Below, piece by piece: positions 11,937 to 22,627 of a stretch of DNA of 64,000 bases. The stretch's first letter is position 1. Each line of letters starts with the position of its first letter. The translations under genes and the position numbers were made by a program. The stretch is from Podarcis erhardii (Eukaryota). The notes under the pieces were generated by a model. It saw only the letters and a program-made list of their open reading frames with translations. It was not told the DNA's origin and searched no databases. The stretch lies in NCBI GenBank assembly GCA_964252035.1, contig OZ176208.1; one strand, given 5' to 3'.

Positions 11937-13359
11937 CTGTGTGCATCTGAAATATTCTGGGATCCTAGCTTAGTACATAACAGCATCCTTAATTTTAAAA
12001 GAGGAAATTTTTATTTCACTACCAGAACACCAAACCTCCTGTTACTAATTGTAGCAAGCCATGAAGTTCCATAGGAATGTGTAGGGATGGGTGGGAGGAA
12101 TTTCTCAATGTGTATTTATTGTGGTCTCTTCCTGCTTTCAGTCTGAGGTCCCTTCTGTGCCAGACATTTAAAGCACCATGACAGCACTTTAAACAGCCAC
12201 TGCTTCCCCCAAAGAATCCTGGGAACTGTAGTTTGTTAAGGCTACTGAAAATTGTGAGGATGCCCATATTCCCTTCTCATCATGCCCCCGGTGCCCATTC
12301 CTTTTACATCATTTGTGAAGACAGGCTACAAATGCATGGGTCAATGTGTGTAAAACTCATTCATGTACAGCAGGTCCCTTTCACACTAACATTAAATGAA
12401 CAAACATTTGGGATGTGAACTGTACGCACGATCCCAGTCCTCTGTGTATACAATGTGTGTGTGTGTGAACATACCTGTAAACAAACAAGTAAATACAGAG
12501 CAATCCAAGAAAGGAAAAATCTAGGCTCATACTGCATTGCAGTTGAAGTGCCAAGAGCATCATTTCTAATGAGAAGAGTTTGTGAAGTGTATTCAATTGA
12601 AACAATATTAGCAATGGATTATATTACCCAGCCTTTAATTATTGCCCATGTGCAAAATATTTCAGGGCTTATGAATGTCACCCGTTATTATTATTATTTT
12701 CATTCCCAGGACAACTCCGCTCAGCTCTTATCTACAAACACACACACATACCTACCTACATACATACATGCACATGCATGAACACAAGGAGGGAAGAAAG
12801 GAGGGAAGGGAAGGAAATGCTATCATTTGCTGCATCTTCCAGCTTTGGCTTGATTAAATGCTTTCAAAGCATAATTGCCATATTCTGGGTTTGGCAGGAA
12901 AATAGCTCTGGGCAGGTGTAAAGGAAGCTTGGAAAGGGTCATGAGGACTAAGGCCAGGAAAGGAAATGAGTTCAGTCTGGGAAGGAGATTAGAAAAAAGG
13001 CAGCAAGAGCAGCAGGGACCAAAGCAGAGCTGACTGACCTAGAAAACAAACAACCCTGGAAATGTAAAAAGGATGCAGCAAAGGGGTTGTTAAGGACGGG
13101 GAAGTGGGAGGAGGATGCAGAGACACACAGATGGGGAATCCATAGGAAATATTAGCTGGGGTAACAAATGCGAGCCAAAACTGAGCTTGTACAATATGGG
13201 TTCAATCCACTGGGAAGTTATTGCTGCGTAAGCCCCGCCAAAGTGGAGCTGCATTGTGCAACCGCTTCCATTCCTCTTCATGGGACCTGAAATGAACAAG
13301 GGGGCTTGTAAGAGATTCTCAGAAGGTTATGCCCTGCCTGCCATCCTCATTGCAAGATG

Positions 13360-13540
13360 TTAGGAATCTGCCTAACACCAAATCAGATCACTGGTCCATC
13401 TAGCCTACCACTGTCTACACTGACTGGCAGTGACAGGAAACATTCCCAGCCCAGCCTTGAGAAGCTGGGCAGGGGCGGGGATTTAATCTGGAGCCTTCTG
13501 ATTGCAAAACCTATGCTCTACCACTGAGTGATGGCCCTAT
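13360..13540 (-). mobile_element. tRNA-derived SINE (Squam2-like)
   Basis: Reverse: GGGCCATCACTCAGTGGTAGAGCAT (A-box)...GGCTGGGAATG...CTGCCAGTCAGTGTAGAC...CTAGATGGACCAGTG; related copy at 36320-36495. Confidence 0.7.
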
Positions 13541-14444
13541 CTGCAAAGCTGTTCACTGAGAGTTTGTAGAAAATAATATGTTCCTGCTATGAATTGCACA
13601 TAATTTTAGAAAGAGAAGCCCACTGCAATAATAGTACCCCCCATTTTAACCTAGTGTTCATAAAGGATGGTTAGATTTAGCCTGCTACTTTCCCAACATT
13701 GGCATGGCATCAATCAAATAGTTATATAAATAGAAAGGTCGTTCTACTTATGGGAATCACAAGTGCGAGTTTCTTCCCCAGAATTTTCCTGCACCAGAGC
13801 TGTGGTATCTCCAACCCACTGGTCCTTCCTGGACCATAGTAGATAAGGACTGTACCTTAGTTGGGAGGAGTGCTAGGTCAATGGTACAGCAGCTGATGCT
13901 TTGCACACCAGTTAAATCCCTAACATTTGCAATTGAAGAAATCTCTGTTTGGAACTAGACGTTAGGGGGAAATGGGACTCCCACTGAATACTGATGCCAG
14001 TGCAACATTCTCCACACTTGTTACTATCCCCTCAGAAGTTCAGTATTGCTTATCCTACATCCTGAATCCATAACATTCTGCATTTCCTTGTCCCACTCCA
14101 CATCACTGGCTGCTACATCATTGGTAGAGATGCAGAAACCCGATTCATTGCGTAAATATTACTACATTGCAGGAGAGAGGGAGAACTCAGCACAGAGGCA
14201 TTTCTTCTAATGGCAGTCCATGATTTTTATAATGTCTAGTTCTGCCTCCAGAGAGATGAAAAAGACCTCTCTCTGAAGACCAAACCCAGACATAAATTGC
14301 ATGAAGGTGCTATTCATGCAAATAGCAGCCACAGGGAATCCAGAGCCACCTTGGGATGCAATAAAATAAAATAATAATAGTAGAACTCTCTGAGGAAGCT
14401 ATATGGATGGCAAGGGGGCTTTTTCCGGTGGCATGGGATCTCAT

Positions 14445-14590
14445 AGGTGTCATAGAATTGGAAGGGACTCCTGAGGATCATGAGACAAGACACCCTGCAA
14501 TGCAGAAATATGCAGCTGTCCTATACAGGGATCAAACCTGTGACCTTGGCATTATCAGTACCACGCTCTAACCAACTGAGCTATCAGGCC
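14445..14590 (-). mobile_element. tRNA-Ile-derived SINE with CR1-type tail (POM-SINE-like)
   Basis: Reverse 14590-14517 reads GGCCTGATAGCTCAGTTGGTTAGAGCGTGGTACTGATAATGCCAAGGTCACAGGTTTGATCCCTGTATAGGACA, colinear with tRNA-Ile and differing largely by CpG decay; continues into CTGCATTGCAGGG...GTCCCTTCCAATTCTATG. Confidence 0.8.
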
Positions 14591-14819
14591 CATCTTCCCT
14601 TGAAATGTAAATAGCAGCTTTGAAAGGGGATAGTTGTAGAATGTGGCAAATAAATAATAATACTATGAAATCAGAAGATGGGGTAAGCATTACTGTACTG
14701 TGGATAGGTTAAGCTCCGTCCTCCAACCTTGCACGCTGATGATGGCTCCTCCACATTTCTGCTTTTCCTGCATCTAGAAAGTAGAGGTCCAAGCAGTTTC
14801 CATGTGCCCTGCCCTTTCT

Positions 14820-15005
14820 AGGCATGGGAGCACGTGGTTTTGCCTTTGCCCTACTGCTTTCCCCTGGAAAACCTGCTCTTTAGTGCTAAATTGGAGCAAA
14901 CATCAGTCTGGAGAAAACCTGACTGATGTTTGCTCAGATTCATCAGTAAACAGTGGGTTTTCTTGAGGGCAAGCAGCATGGAAGGCAGAAATGTGGATGA
15001 GCCCT
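14820..15005. mobile_element. palindromic (foldback) MITE
   Basis: Perfect 15-bp inverted repeat GAGCAAACATCAGTC (14894-14908) / GACTGATGTTTGCTC (14921-14935) with imperfect outer arms. Confidence 0.7.
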
Positions 15006-17339
15006 AAGCCGACTGCTCTGTCTTCACCTCAACTGCTATTCACATAACAAAGACTGTGCACATTAGCTGCATTTTCAAGCCATCACTTCCTATCTGAGTA
15101 GACTGTGCTTTGCTAGATGGACACTCATTATGAGGCAGCTTCATATATTCATGAGCAATGCAATCCAGAGAGCAGCCTTCCCACAGCTTACGGATCTTGC
15201 TTATTAAGTGGTATCTACATATTATTAAAGAATCAATAAATATGGAAATGTTTGGGGGGAAAGGCTACCTGTTTTTCTCTATGTGCAAAAATGGTCTACT
15301 GAGAGCCTTACATTGCTATTGCCCTGTTTAAGTAGGTTGTAACAACCCTTTCTTATGAACGGAGTCACCACAATTTCAAGAGCTCTATAGGAAAAATAAT
15401 AATCAGGGAAACATTTTTTTCGAGTACAAAGTTGCATTGATGATGGAAAGCTACAGATGTTGATATTCAGCCTCTCATACAAAGCTCCTTTGTATAAAAA
15501 AGATGGTAATCCTAGATATGCAAAAGTCCTCCTGAAAAATGCTGCTGATCACAATGAAAAATACATATCCTTCAAAATGTCTAATAATTTTTTTCCAGGC
15601 AAGACTGCAGATTCACCTCAAAATCCTCTTTAGATGAAATCTGGTATCAGCTCTAATTCACATGTACTATTCTTTTCTCTCCTTTATATAACATGACAAG
15701 CCTTCATTCGTATGTGGCTGACAAACAATGGACATTTCTAATCTCCAGATTACTGTACGATCCAGTCATTTTATAGAACATTAATTCTACAATTGTAAAA
15801 GTGATTTTATTGCTTTTATTTATTCTTATTGTGTGTTGCTTTGTTAGCTTTTGGTTGTGAAGCTGTTTATAAATATGCAAATGAATATAAATACACCCAT
15901 AAATAATAACAGGTGAAGTAAGTCAACTTTCTGGGATGAAAGCTAAATTATTTCTAATGGAAGCTTATATAACCACAGCTGAGATTTCAATATATGTATT
16001 CAGCTATGACAATGTCTGTTAATACACATCCATGTTACAATGTGTTTACATATTTTTGTCTATCTACAGAGAAGTTAACCTACAATTATGTACCAGACAA
16101 CCAGTTGTATGAGAGACTTTCACACACATGACAAGCCTAGTTCATCAGATATTTCTTTTGACTTCTGGGTCCCTTGCAGTTTTTGCCACTGCATTTTGCC
16201 ACATATATTTTTCAAGCATCTATAGCCATAAGACTGAGGATTCTTCCTACATTAAAACTGGAAAATTGAAACACATTATTTCATAATGCTACAAAGAATA
16301 TGTGGGCCCACACAAGGACTCCAGGGACCTCGTGCAAACTAGTCCTTTTCTGACACATTGGGATAGTTGGTCATTGGAGTAATTTTTGAATTGGCTTCTG
16401 TTGTGATAAATACCTGGAAAATATACACCACTGGAAATGTCTCCGTATAAATGTGCACCATTATAAACTGTGAAAATTAACCAAACTACAGAGCAGAGTA
16501 ATAATCATGATCATGTACTTACACATTTACTAATTGATCTATCTTCATAGCCAGTTGCAATTTATGACTTCATTGGAGAATGTCAAAGAGGTCCTCAAAT
16601 GACTGAACCTACATCTATAGAGAACTAATAACAGTGATCTCTGTGGTCCCTCAGTCATAGAGTACAATAGGCATTCTGTGTGAGCAATACCACAGTGTTA
16701 TTTTAGGAATAAAATTATAGCATGGCTTCTTCCTTTTTGATTACAGAGGAAATACAGATATTTGAAATCAGAATATGATTTGGCAGTTTGGAGCCTGGCC
16801 AAGCCACAGGGGTTACCAACCCATCGCCATGCAGAAAGCTTGTTCAGTTCCTAATAGCACAACTTCTACAGCTTTGATGATAGCAAGTCATAAGTACTGT
16901 TGTCTGAAAACAAAAGGCATTCATGCCTATGTCCTTTAAGGCACAAATAACATCACGGTTTGCTTCTCTATTTTTCTGCATGAATTATGCGCTATATTTC
17001 TCAGGTTTTTAACATTAAGCGTCTTTGAACTGTGGGGGTGACTTCTGCACATGAATAAAGAAAATAAAAAACTGGTTTTTTTACAGAGCCAGTTACGCAC
17101 AAATAACCTAGTGTATCACAATAGGAAAGGCTGTTATCACACTCAGCTCCTCTACTGCAAACAAAAACAAACTGACATTGTATCAGTCTCAGTGAATATA
17201 TGCAGGATCCAAAAATCATGCCCTCTAAGAGTACATCTAAGAGCATTAGAAGAACCTGCTGTATCAGGCTAATGTCCTATCTAGTCCAGCATCTTGTTCT
17301 GACAGTGGTCACCTTGTGGGAAACCTTTAAGCAGGACCG

Positions 17340-17630
17340 AAGAAGAAAAAGAAGAAGCAGAAGAGGAGGAGGAGGAGGAGGAGGAGGAGGAGGAGTAGTT
17401 TGGATTTGATATCCCGTTTTATCACTACCCTAAGGTGTCTCAAAGCGGCTAACAATCTCCTTTCCCTTCCTCCCCCACGACAAACACTCTGTGAGGTGAG
17501 TGAGGCTGAGAGACTTCAGAGAAGTGTGACTAGCCCAAGGTCACCCAGCAGCGGCATGTGGAGGAGCGGGAAAGTGAGCCCAGTTCACCAAATTACGAGT
17601 CTACCACTCTTAACCACTACACCACACTGG
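17340..17630 (-). mobile_element. L2-tailed tRNA SINE (Squam3-like)
   Basis: Reverse of CCAGTGTGGTGTAGTGGTTAAGAG...GCGGGATATCAAATCCAAACT with a (GAA)/(GGA) tail; near-identical to copies at 20945 and 38269. Confidence 0.9.
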
Positions 17631-17667
17631 GCACAAGAACCCTCTCTCCTCCTGTGATTTTCAGCAA

Positions 17668-17894
17668 GACCACTCCCCTTCCCCAGGGGATGGAGTTGCA
17701 GGAGGGCATCCGGAACCTCCCAGTGACCCGGCAGTGGGCAGAGAGATGCTGTCCACGTCATTGGGACTCCCAGCCACATCACTCCCCCAGCTGACCAATC
17801 TGGTTAGTTGGGGGTGTGGCCACTGCCGTTTAAATCGCAGCGCGGCTGGGGGGTAGCGGTCTCCTTTTTGCCTCCTTGACAGATCAGGACAGAG
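17668..17894. mobile_element. GC/CpG-rich ~227-bp insertion of unknown class
   Basis: Interrupts the CR1-type remnant; contains CCAATC and TTTAAAT; no TIR, TSD or tail seen. Confidence 0.5.
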
Positions 17895-17989
17895 CTGGTG
17901 TTCAGAAGCATTGCTTCCTCTGACCAAGTAACCATGCTTTCTTTAACTGCATGAACAAGGGCATCTTAACGTAGAAGTTATGTGAGTTA

Positions 17990-18330
17990 TTGGTGGTGCA
18001 TACTTGTGAAAAGACTAGGGCCAATATGAGTGGAGTGTGATGAGATAAGCATGTTGATAAATTAAGTCATTAACTGCAGCTTTTAAAGGGATTTAAATGA
18101 GATTGTTCATGGTGGAACAGTGCTCAGTGTCAACCGCATTATTCAAATAGCCCCATGTATATCTCTTGAATTTAGCAAGGTATTTATGATTACTCCCTTG
18201 TCCCAGGCTTATTTTTAATTTCAGATAAATGATTACCTTCATTAAATATTATCAAAATATATTCAGTGCCGTAACTCAGCAGTATTTATTTTGCGACACA
18301 ATAGTGCATATGTCTGCAATTAAGTAAGTT
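17990..18330. other. candidate conserved non-coding element
   Basis: Repeat-free AT-rich block with homeobox/GATA-like cores (TAAATTAAGTCATTAA, GATAAG, TTTATGAT) and retained CpGs. Confidence 0.3.
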
Positions 18331-18471
18331 CCATTGAGTTGCATAGAACTGACTCCTAGGTATATGTGAGAAAGCACCATGCAACTCTCTGACACTTCCT
18401 CATAAGTAAATGTATAGCGGATGTGCACTCTTAATTCTTCAATTCCTTAGTTTCCAAAAGAAGGAAGCGAA

Positions 18472-18473
<2 letters not shown>

Positions 18474-18513
<40 letters not shown>
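18474..18513 (+). repeat. (CA)20 microsatellite
   Basis: Read directly. Confidence 0.97.
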
Positions 18514-18515
<2 letters not shown>

Positions 18516-20694
18516 ATTTCAGGAGTACGCAAACAGGACAGTTTTGACAAAATTTGCCCAATACAAAAATGTGACACCCCATAATAATTTTATGGAGGGG
18601 GGGGAGTTTCTTTACACCTCCTTACCTCCTTCACAAAGAAAGGTGGCTCCTTGCCAGGATTTAGCAGCTGGGTATGAGGAGGAGGAAATCCAGTGTCATG
18701 CAGATTTAGTGCCTGGGAAAGCTGCTGTGGTGCTGCAGAGGTAACAGCTGCTGTGCCAGCCCAAAGGATGAAAGAACACAGGCAAAGTGGCTTTGCTGAG
18801 CCCTACAGCCACCCTCAATAGCTTTATATCCACCCACATTGAGCCAATTATTCTGCATAATATACAATGTATTTTTAAGGTAGTGCAAAGCATGTGCTGT
18901 TCCTTGTTTTGTGTGGGTTATTAGGAGCAGTGATAGAGTAATAGGCAAGGGGCCATGAAAAGAAGACAGAAGCATTTGTAGCCATTAGGACTTAATTTGA
19001 GCGTCAGCTAAACTGGGATTAGCCCAAATTAGATTCCCAAATTGCATGCTGCCAGACAATAGTACGCTTTGAAAAACTTAAGGCACCTTGTTGAATGCAT
19101 CCATCACAATACGTTGATCAGATTTTGCAGGTCCTGTGCAGCACTGATAGCTGCTCTGTTGGTCAACACGAGTAGTAACAACAGTGGGGGGAATTGAAAT
19201 AATGTGTGAGGGGGGTCACAGGGGTCGTGGGATTAGCCCTGCCTCCATGGCTGTCATGTGCAGTGCCCCACCACATGCTAAATCAGATTGTGAAGGGACT
19301 CTACCTGAAGGAACACTTTCAATACATTGGTTGAATGTTTTGAGTCCCATTGACATCATTTGAAGGGAGGGAATCAGGATGCACTGGTATCCCTTGATAC
19401 ACCCTGTGCTTCAACTGACACAGGGCAAGGTTCAAAGCTTCATTGGCACTCCCCACCTCATCCCCCAGTACAGAGCCCTGTTTTGGAATCTGCGTTTCAG
19501 ATTTCAATTCCCCTGGAATCAGCAAGCATCCCAACTAGCACAGTGTCACAAAGCCACAGCCCACAATTTTCTCAACCCCATCATCAGGGGTGCCAACTTG
19601 AATAAAATATTGTGGGGGCCCAGGCAAACCCCGCTCCGTATAATCAATCACATGATGCAGTGCACACACACCAATTGAATGGGAATGCCGATCAACTCTG
19701 TGAGGTCCTGGCTCCCTCAAATATTTCATTGTGGGCCCCTAGGAGTTAGCTCCTATGCCCACCGTTCTACCTATGCTCCCACTATGACCAATCCCCACTC
19801 CACAAGTGTATGCAGTTTCAAAATGAAAGAATGAGATTCAACTAAAAAAAAACCCCACCAGCCATTGTGAAACAGAGCTCCCCCCCCCACTCCTTCCTCC
19901 ATGTCTCCTAAAATTGGCTCTGTGGGGGAACAGGAGGATCTCCAAACCAGTGTTCAGGGAGAATCGTTCTGTCTGGCAAGCTGATATGCTTGGGCAGATG
20001 GAACTTCTGTGATAGACTGATGTTGAATTCCACCCAATGTCAATAGTAATGACAGCGTGAGGTTTTCTTTTTATTTATAGTCATGGAAATCTGTGTAGCA
20101 AAACCCTTGCTCCAGCAAATGGAATTTCTGTTTCTTTCATTCTTCTAGTCTACAGCAACAACCAAAAGCTGAATTTCCATTTGAAAACAAAAGACATTTG
20201 CTTTATAGTACATAGGCATACCACAGCGAGGCTTTGTGGAGGGTTTTGTCCTTATATAGTTCATAATTGGAACTGGTTGTTTCAAAAACCCATTGAAAAT
20301 CATTAACAGGAATACCAAGGGAGCAGGCCATTTCTTGTAATTGAAATGGATTGGTGATTAACATTTGAAAAGCAGCAACTGCATATGTGGAATCATTTCT
20401 GACATCTTTTAAAAATACATTAAGTTGTGCTGTCTCTCCCCTTGGGGGTGGGGAGGCATAGTAATTTAAAGAACTGCAACTCCCAGATGTACATCCAAGC
20501 TAATAGAGACTGATGAGGGAGTGTCATCTTCCAAACATTCGCCACTGATTTGTCTTTCCTTGAAGATTATTAAAAATGAAGTGACACATTACTTTTTAAA
20601 GAGATTCTAGTAATGCTAATATAAAGGACTTTTAATTATTTCAAGCTGCAGCATATCCACTACTTCATTTGAAAGAATATGACATTACAACTAA

Positions 20695-20899
20695 GGACAT
20701 AAGAACAGTAGAAGATGCCCATCTTGTTCAGCATCCTGTGGTCACAGTGACAAACCTGATGCCTATGGGATGTCTGCAAACAGGAGTGAAGTAGACCAGC
20801 AGCTGTTATTAAGAGGCACAGCACTTCTGAAGCTGGACGTAGTACACAGCTGTCATGGTTGGTAACCACTAATTGGTCTAATCTGAAATTTGTCTAAAC
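20695..20899 (+). mobile_element. CR1-type 3'UTR remnant (antisense) hosting a hAT MITE
   Basis: ACATAAGAAC...CAGCATCCTGTGGTCACAGTG...GATGCCTATGGG; appears to continue as CATGAATTTGT after 21323. Confidence 0.6.
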
Positions 20900-21315
20900 C
20901 AGTGGTTCCCAATGGGCAGTCCACAGACACCAGGGAGTACATGTAAGAAGAAGAAGAAGAAGAAGAGTTTGGATTTGATATCCCGCTTCATCACTACCCG
21001 AAGGAGTCTCAAAGCGGCTAACATTCTCCTTTCCCTTCCTCCCCCACAATAAACACTCTGTGAGGTGAGTAGGGCTGAGAGACTTCAGAGAAGTGTGACT
21101 GGCCCAAGGTCACCCAGCAGCTGCATGTGGAGGAGCGGAGACGTGAACCCGGTTCACCAGATTATGAGACTACCACTCTTAACCACTACACCACACTGGC
21201 TCTCCAGGGGGTCAGTGGCACCATTCACATACCATAGAGATATCTACATTTTCAAAAGTAGGGGGTCCATGGCTTGGCTTTTGAAAAAAATGGGGTCTGC
21301 AGTTGGGAAGGACTG
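20900..21315. mobile_element. hAT MITE with a nested SINE
   Basis: TIRs CAGTGGTTCCCAA / TTGGGAAGGACTG and exact 8-bp TSD GTCTAAAC at 20892-20899 and 21316-21323. Confidence 0.9.
20945..21202 (-). mobile_element. L2-tailed tRNA SINE (Squam3-like)
   Basis: Complete copy from GAGCCAGTGTGG to (CTT)n on the minus strand. Confidence 0.92.
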
Positions 21316-22574
21316 GTCTAAACCATGAATTTGTTTCAACCATGGCTTTGAAATAATTCCTCTGGTTATCTGTTGAGGGATAACTTGGCGATTAGCTGGC
21401 TGAAGAGATGCAAACATGTGGGGAGTAAGGAACCAAGGGAAGGTCGGTATGTTTCAGGAACTCCTTGTGTACATTATAAAAATTAACTCCCAGATATCTT
21501 TCTTATTCAGACTTTTAAAATGCATATCAAAGGTGACCCAGATCAAAGGTTTAAAACCTCTTTATCGCTGCACCAGGATTCAAATTTTGCATTGAAGGCT
21601 TCAAACTATGCCCTGTGCCTGGTATTCACTTTTTAAAAAGCTGTTTGATCAATTGCTAATTCTGTAAATGACACCTTAAGGCTCGTTTACATTTTTACAT
21701 TTCTAAGAAAGCTGTGCTGCCCTCATACTACCAGTGAATCTTGACAGCAGGGGAAAGAATGCAGGCAGGAGGCAACTGCCTGGTCAACAAAGAGAAGCAA
21801 GTGGCCAGTCACTTCTCTTAATTTATCTGCTGCTTCTCTGAAACATGGGACATTATGGGTATAGCACATGAACATCAGAGGGTGTGCAGCCTTGTGTGTG
21901 TCCTCTAAACCCAACTGTTCTTTCCAAATAACACTTTAGGGTGCAAGCAGGACCCACCAATCACAGTTTAAAGGACAGTGGGGTTGTCACATTCATGTGC
22001 TCCAGGGACTCAACTGCTCCCTAGCTCTTCATACTGACCTGCTTCACAAGAACTTCTGAGCAAGAGAAAAGAGGGGACTCTAAACCCTTCCCAACTGAAA
22101 ATACCATGTTACTAGGGGATCTTGGGTGTATCACACATTCTCCAAGTCCAAATCTTCCACGACAATTAGAAACTGTGCATCTCAGTGCAGATTGTCTATC
22201 CATCTTGCATTGCTTTCGATGGAATGTGGACTCAGACGTACATTCAAGTGCTCTGAGTCCACCGAAAGTAATGCAGAAAGTAAACACAGGTGCTTATTTG
22301 CATCCGCATCTCACTGTATATTCAGTACTACTATCTATCTGAATTACACTTGAATCTATAGTCCACTGACAGCAACACAATGTGACTGTATTACCTGCAA
22401 CGGGATATATATTTAAATGGATGCAAGCAGATATTTTAGTCCTATATACGTCTTCTTACTAACCTGCATGGTATCCAAAGGATGCCAAGGAATTAAGGGT
22501 GCTGGATTTTATACTATGTTCCATGTGGATTCTAACTCCTCGTGCAGAGTAGTGAAGAAGTTAAGATCACTTAC

Positions 22575-22627
22575 AGAAGCTATGGCATCCATTTTCCGTG
22601 GCTTCTTTTTGAAGCAATTCCTGGACT
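22575..22627 (-). other. candidate 53-nt exon of an unidentified gene
   Basis: Acceptor TCTCTCTTGAGCCTTTTGTCCTCAG and donor TCT|GTAAGT; two open frames (VQELLQKEATENGCHSF or SRNCFKKKPRKMDAIAS); protein not recognised. Confidence 0.3.

Larger units (their letters stand above)
17230..17935 (+). mobile_element. CR1-type 3'UTR remnant (antisense) split by two insertions
   Basis: CTAGTCCAGCATCTTGTTCTGACAGTGG...AAGCAGGACC | GGGCACAAGAACCCTCTC...TTCAGCAA | CTGGTGTTCAGAAGCATTGC is colinear with the uninterrupted copy at 62285-62465. Confidence 0.7.

Noticed and set aside
14517-14590. Functional tRNA-Ile gene
   Set aside because: T-loop is GTTTGA not GTTCGA, the acceptor stem is mispaired, there is no T-run terminator, and it continues into a CR1-type tail; it is a SINE head.
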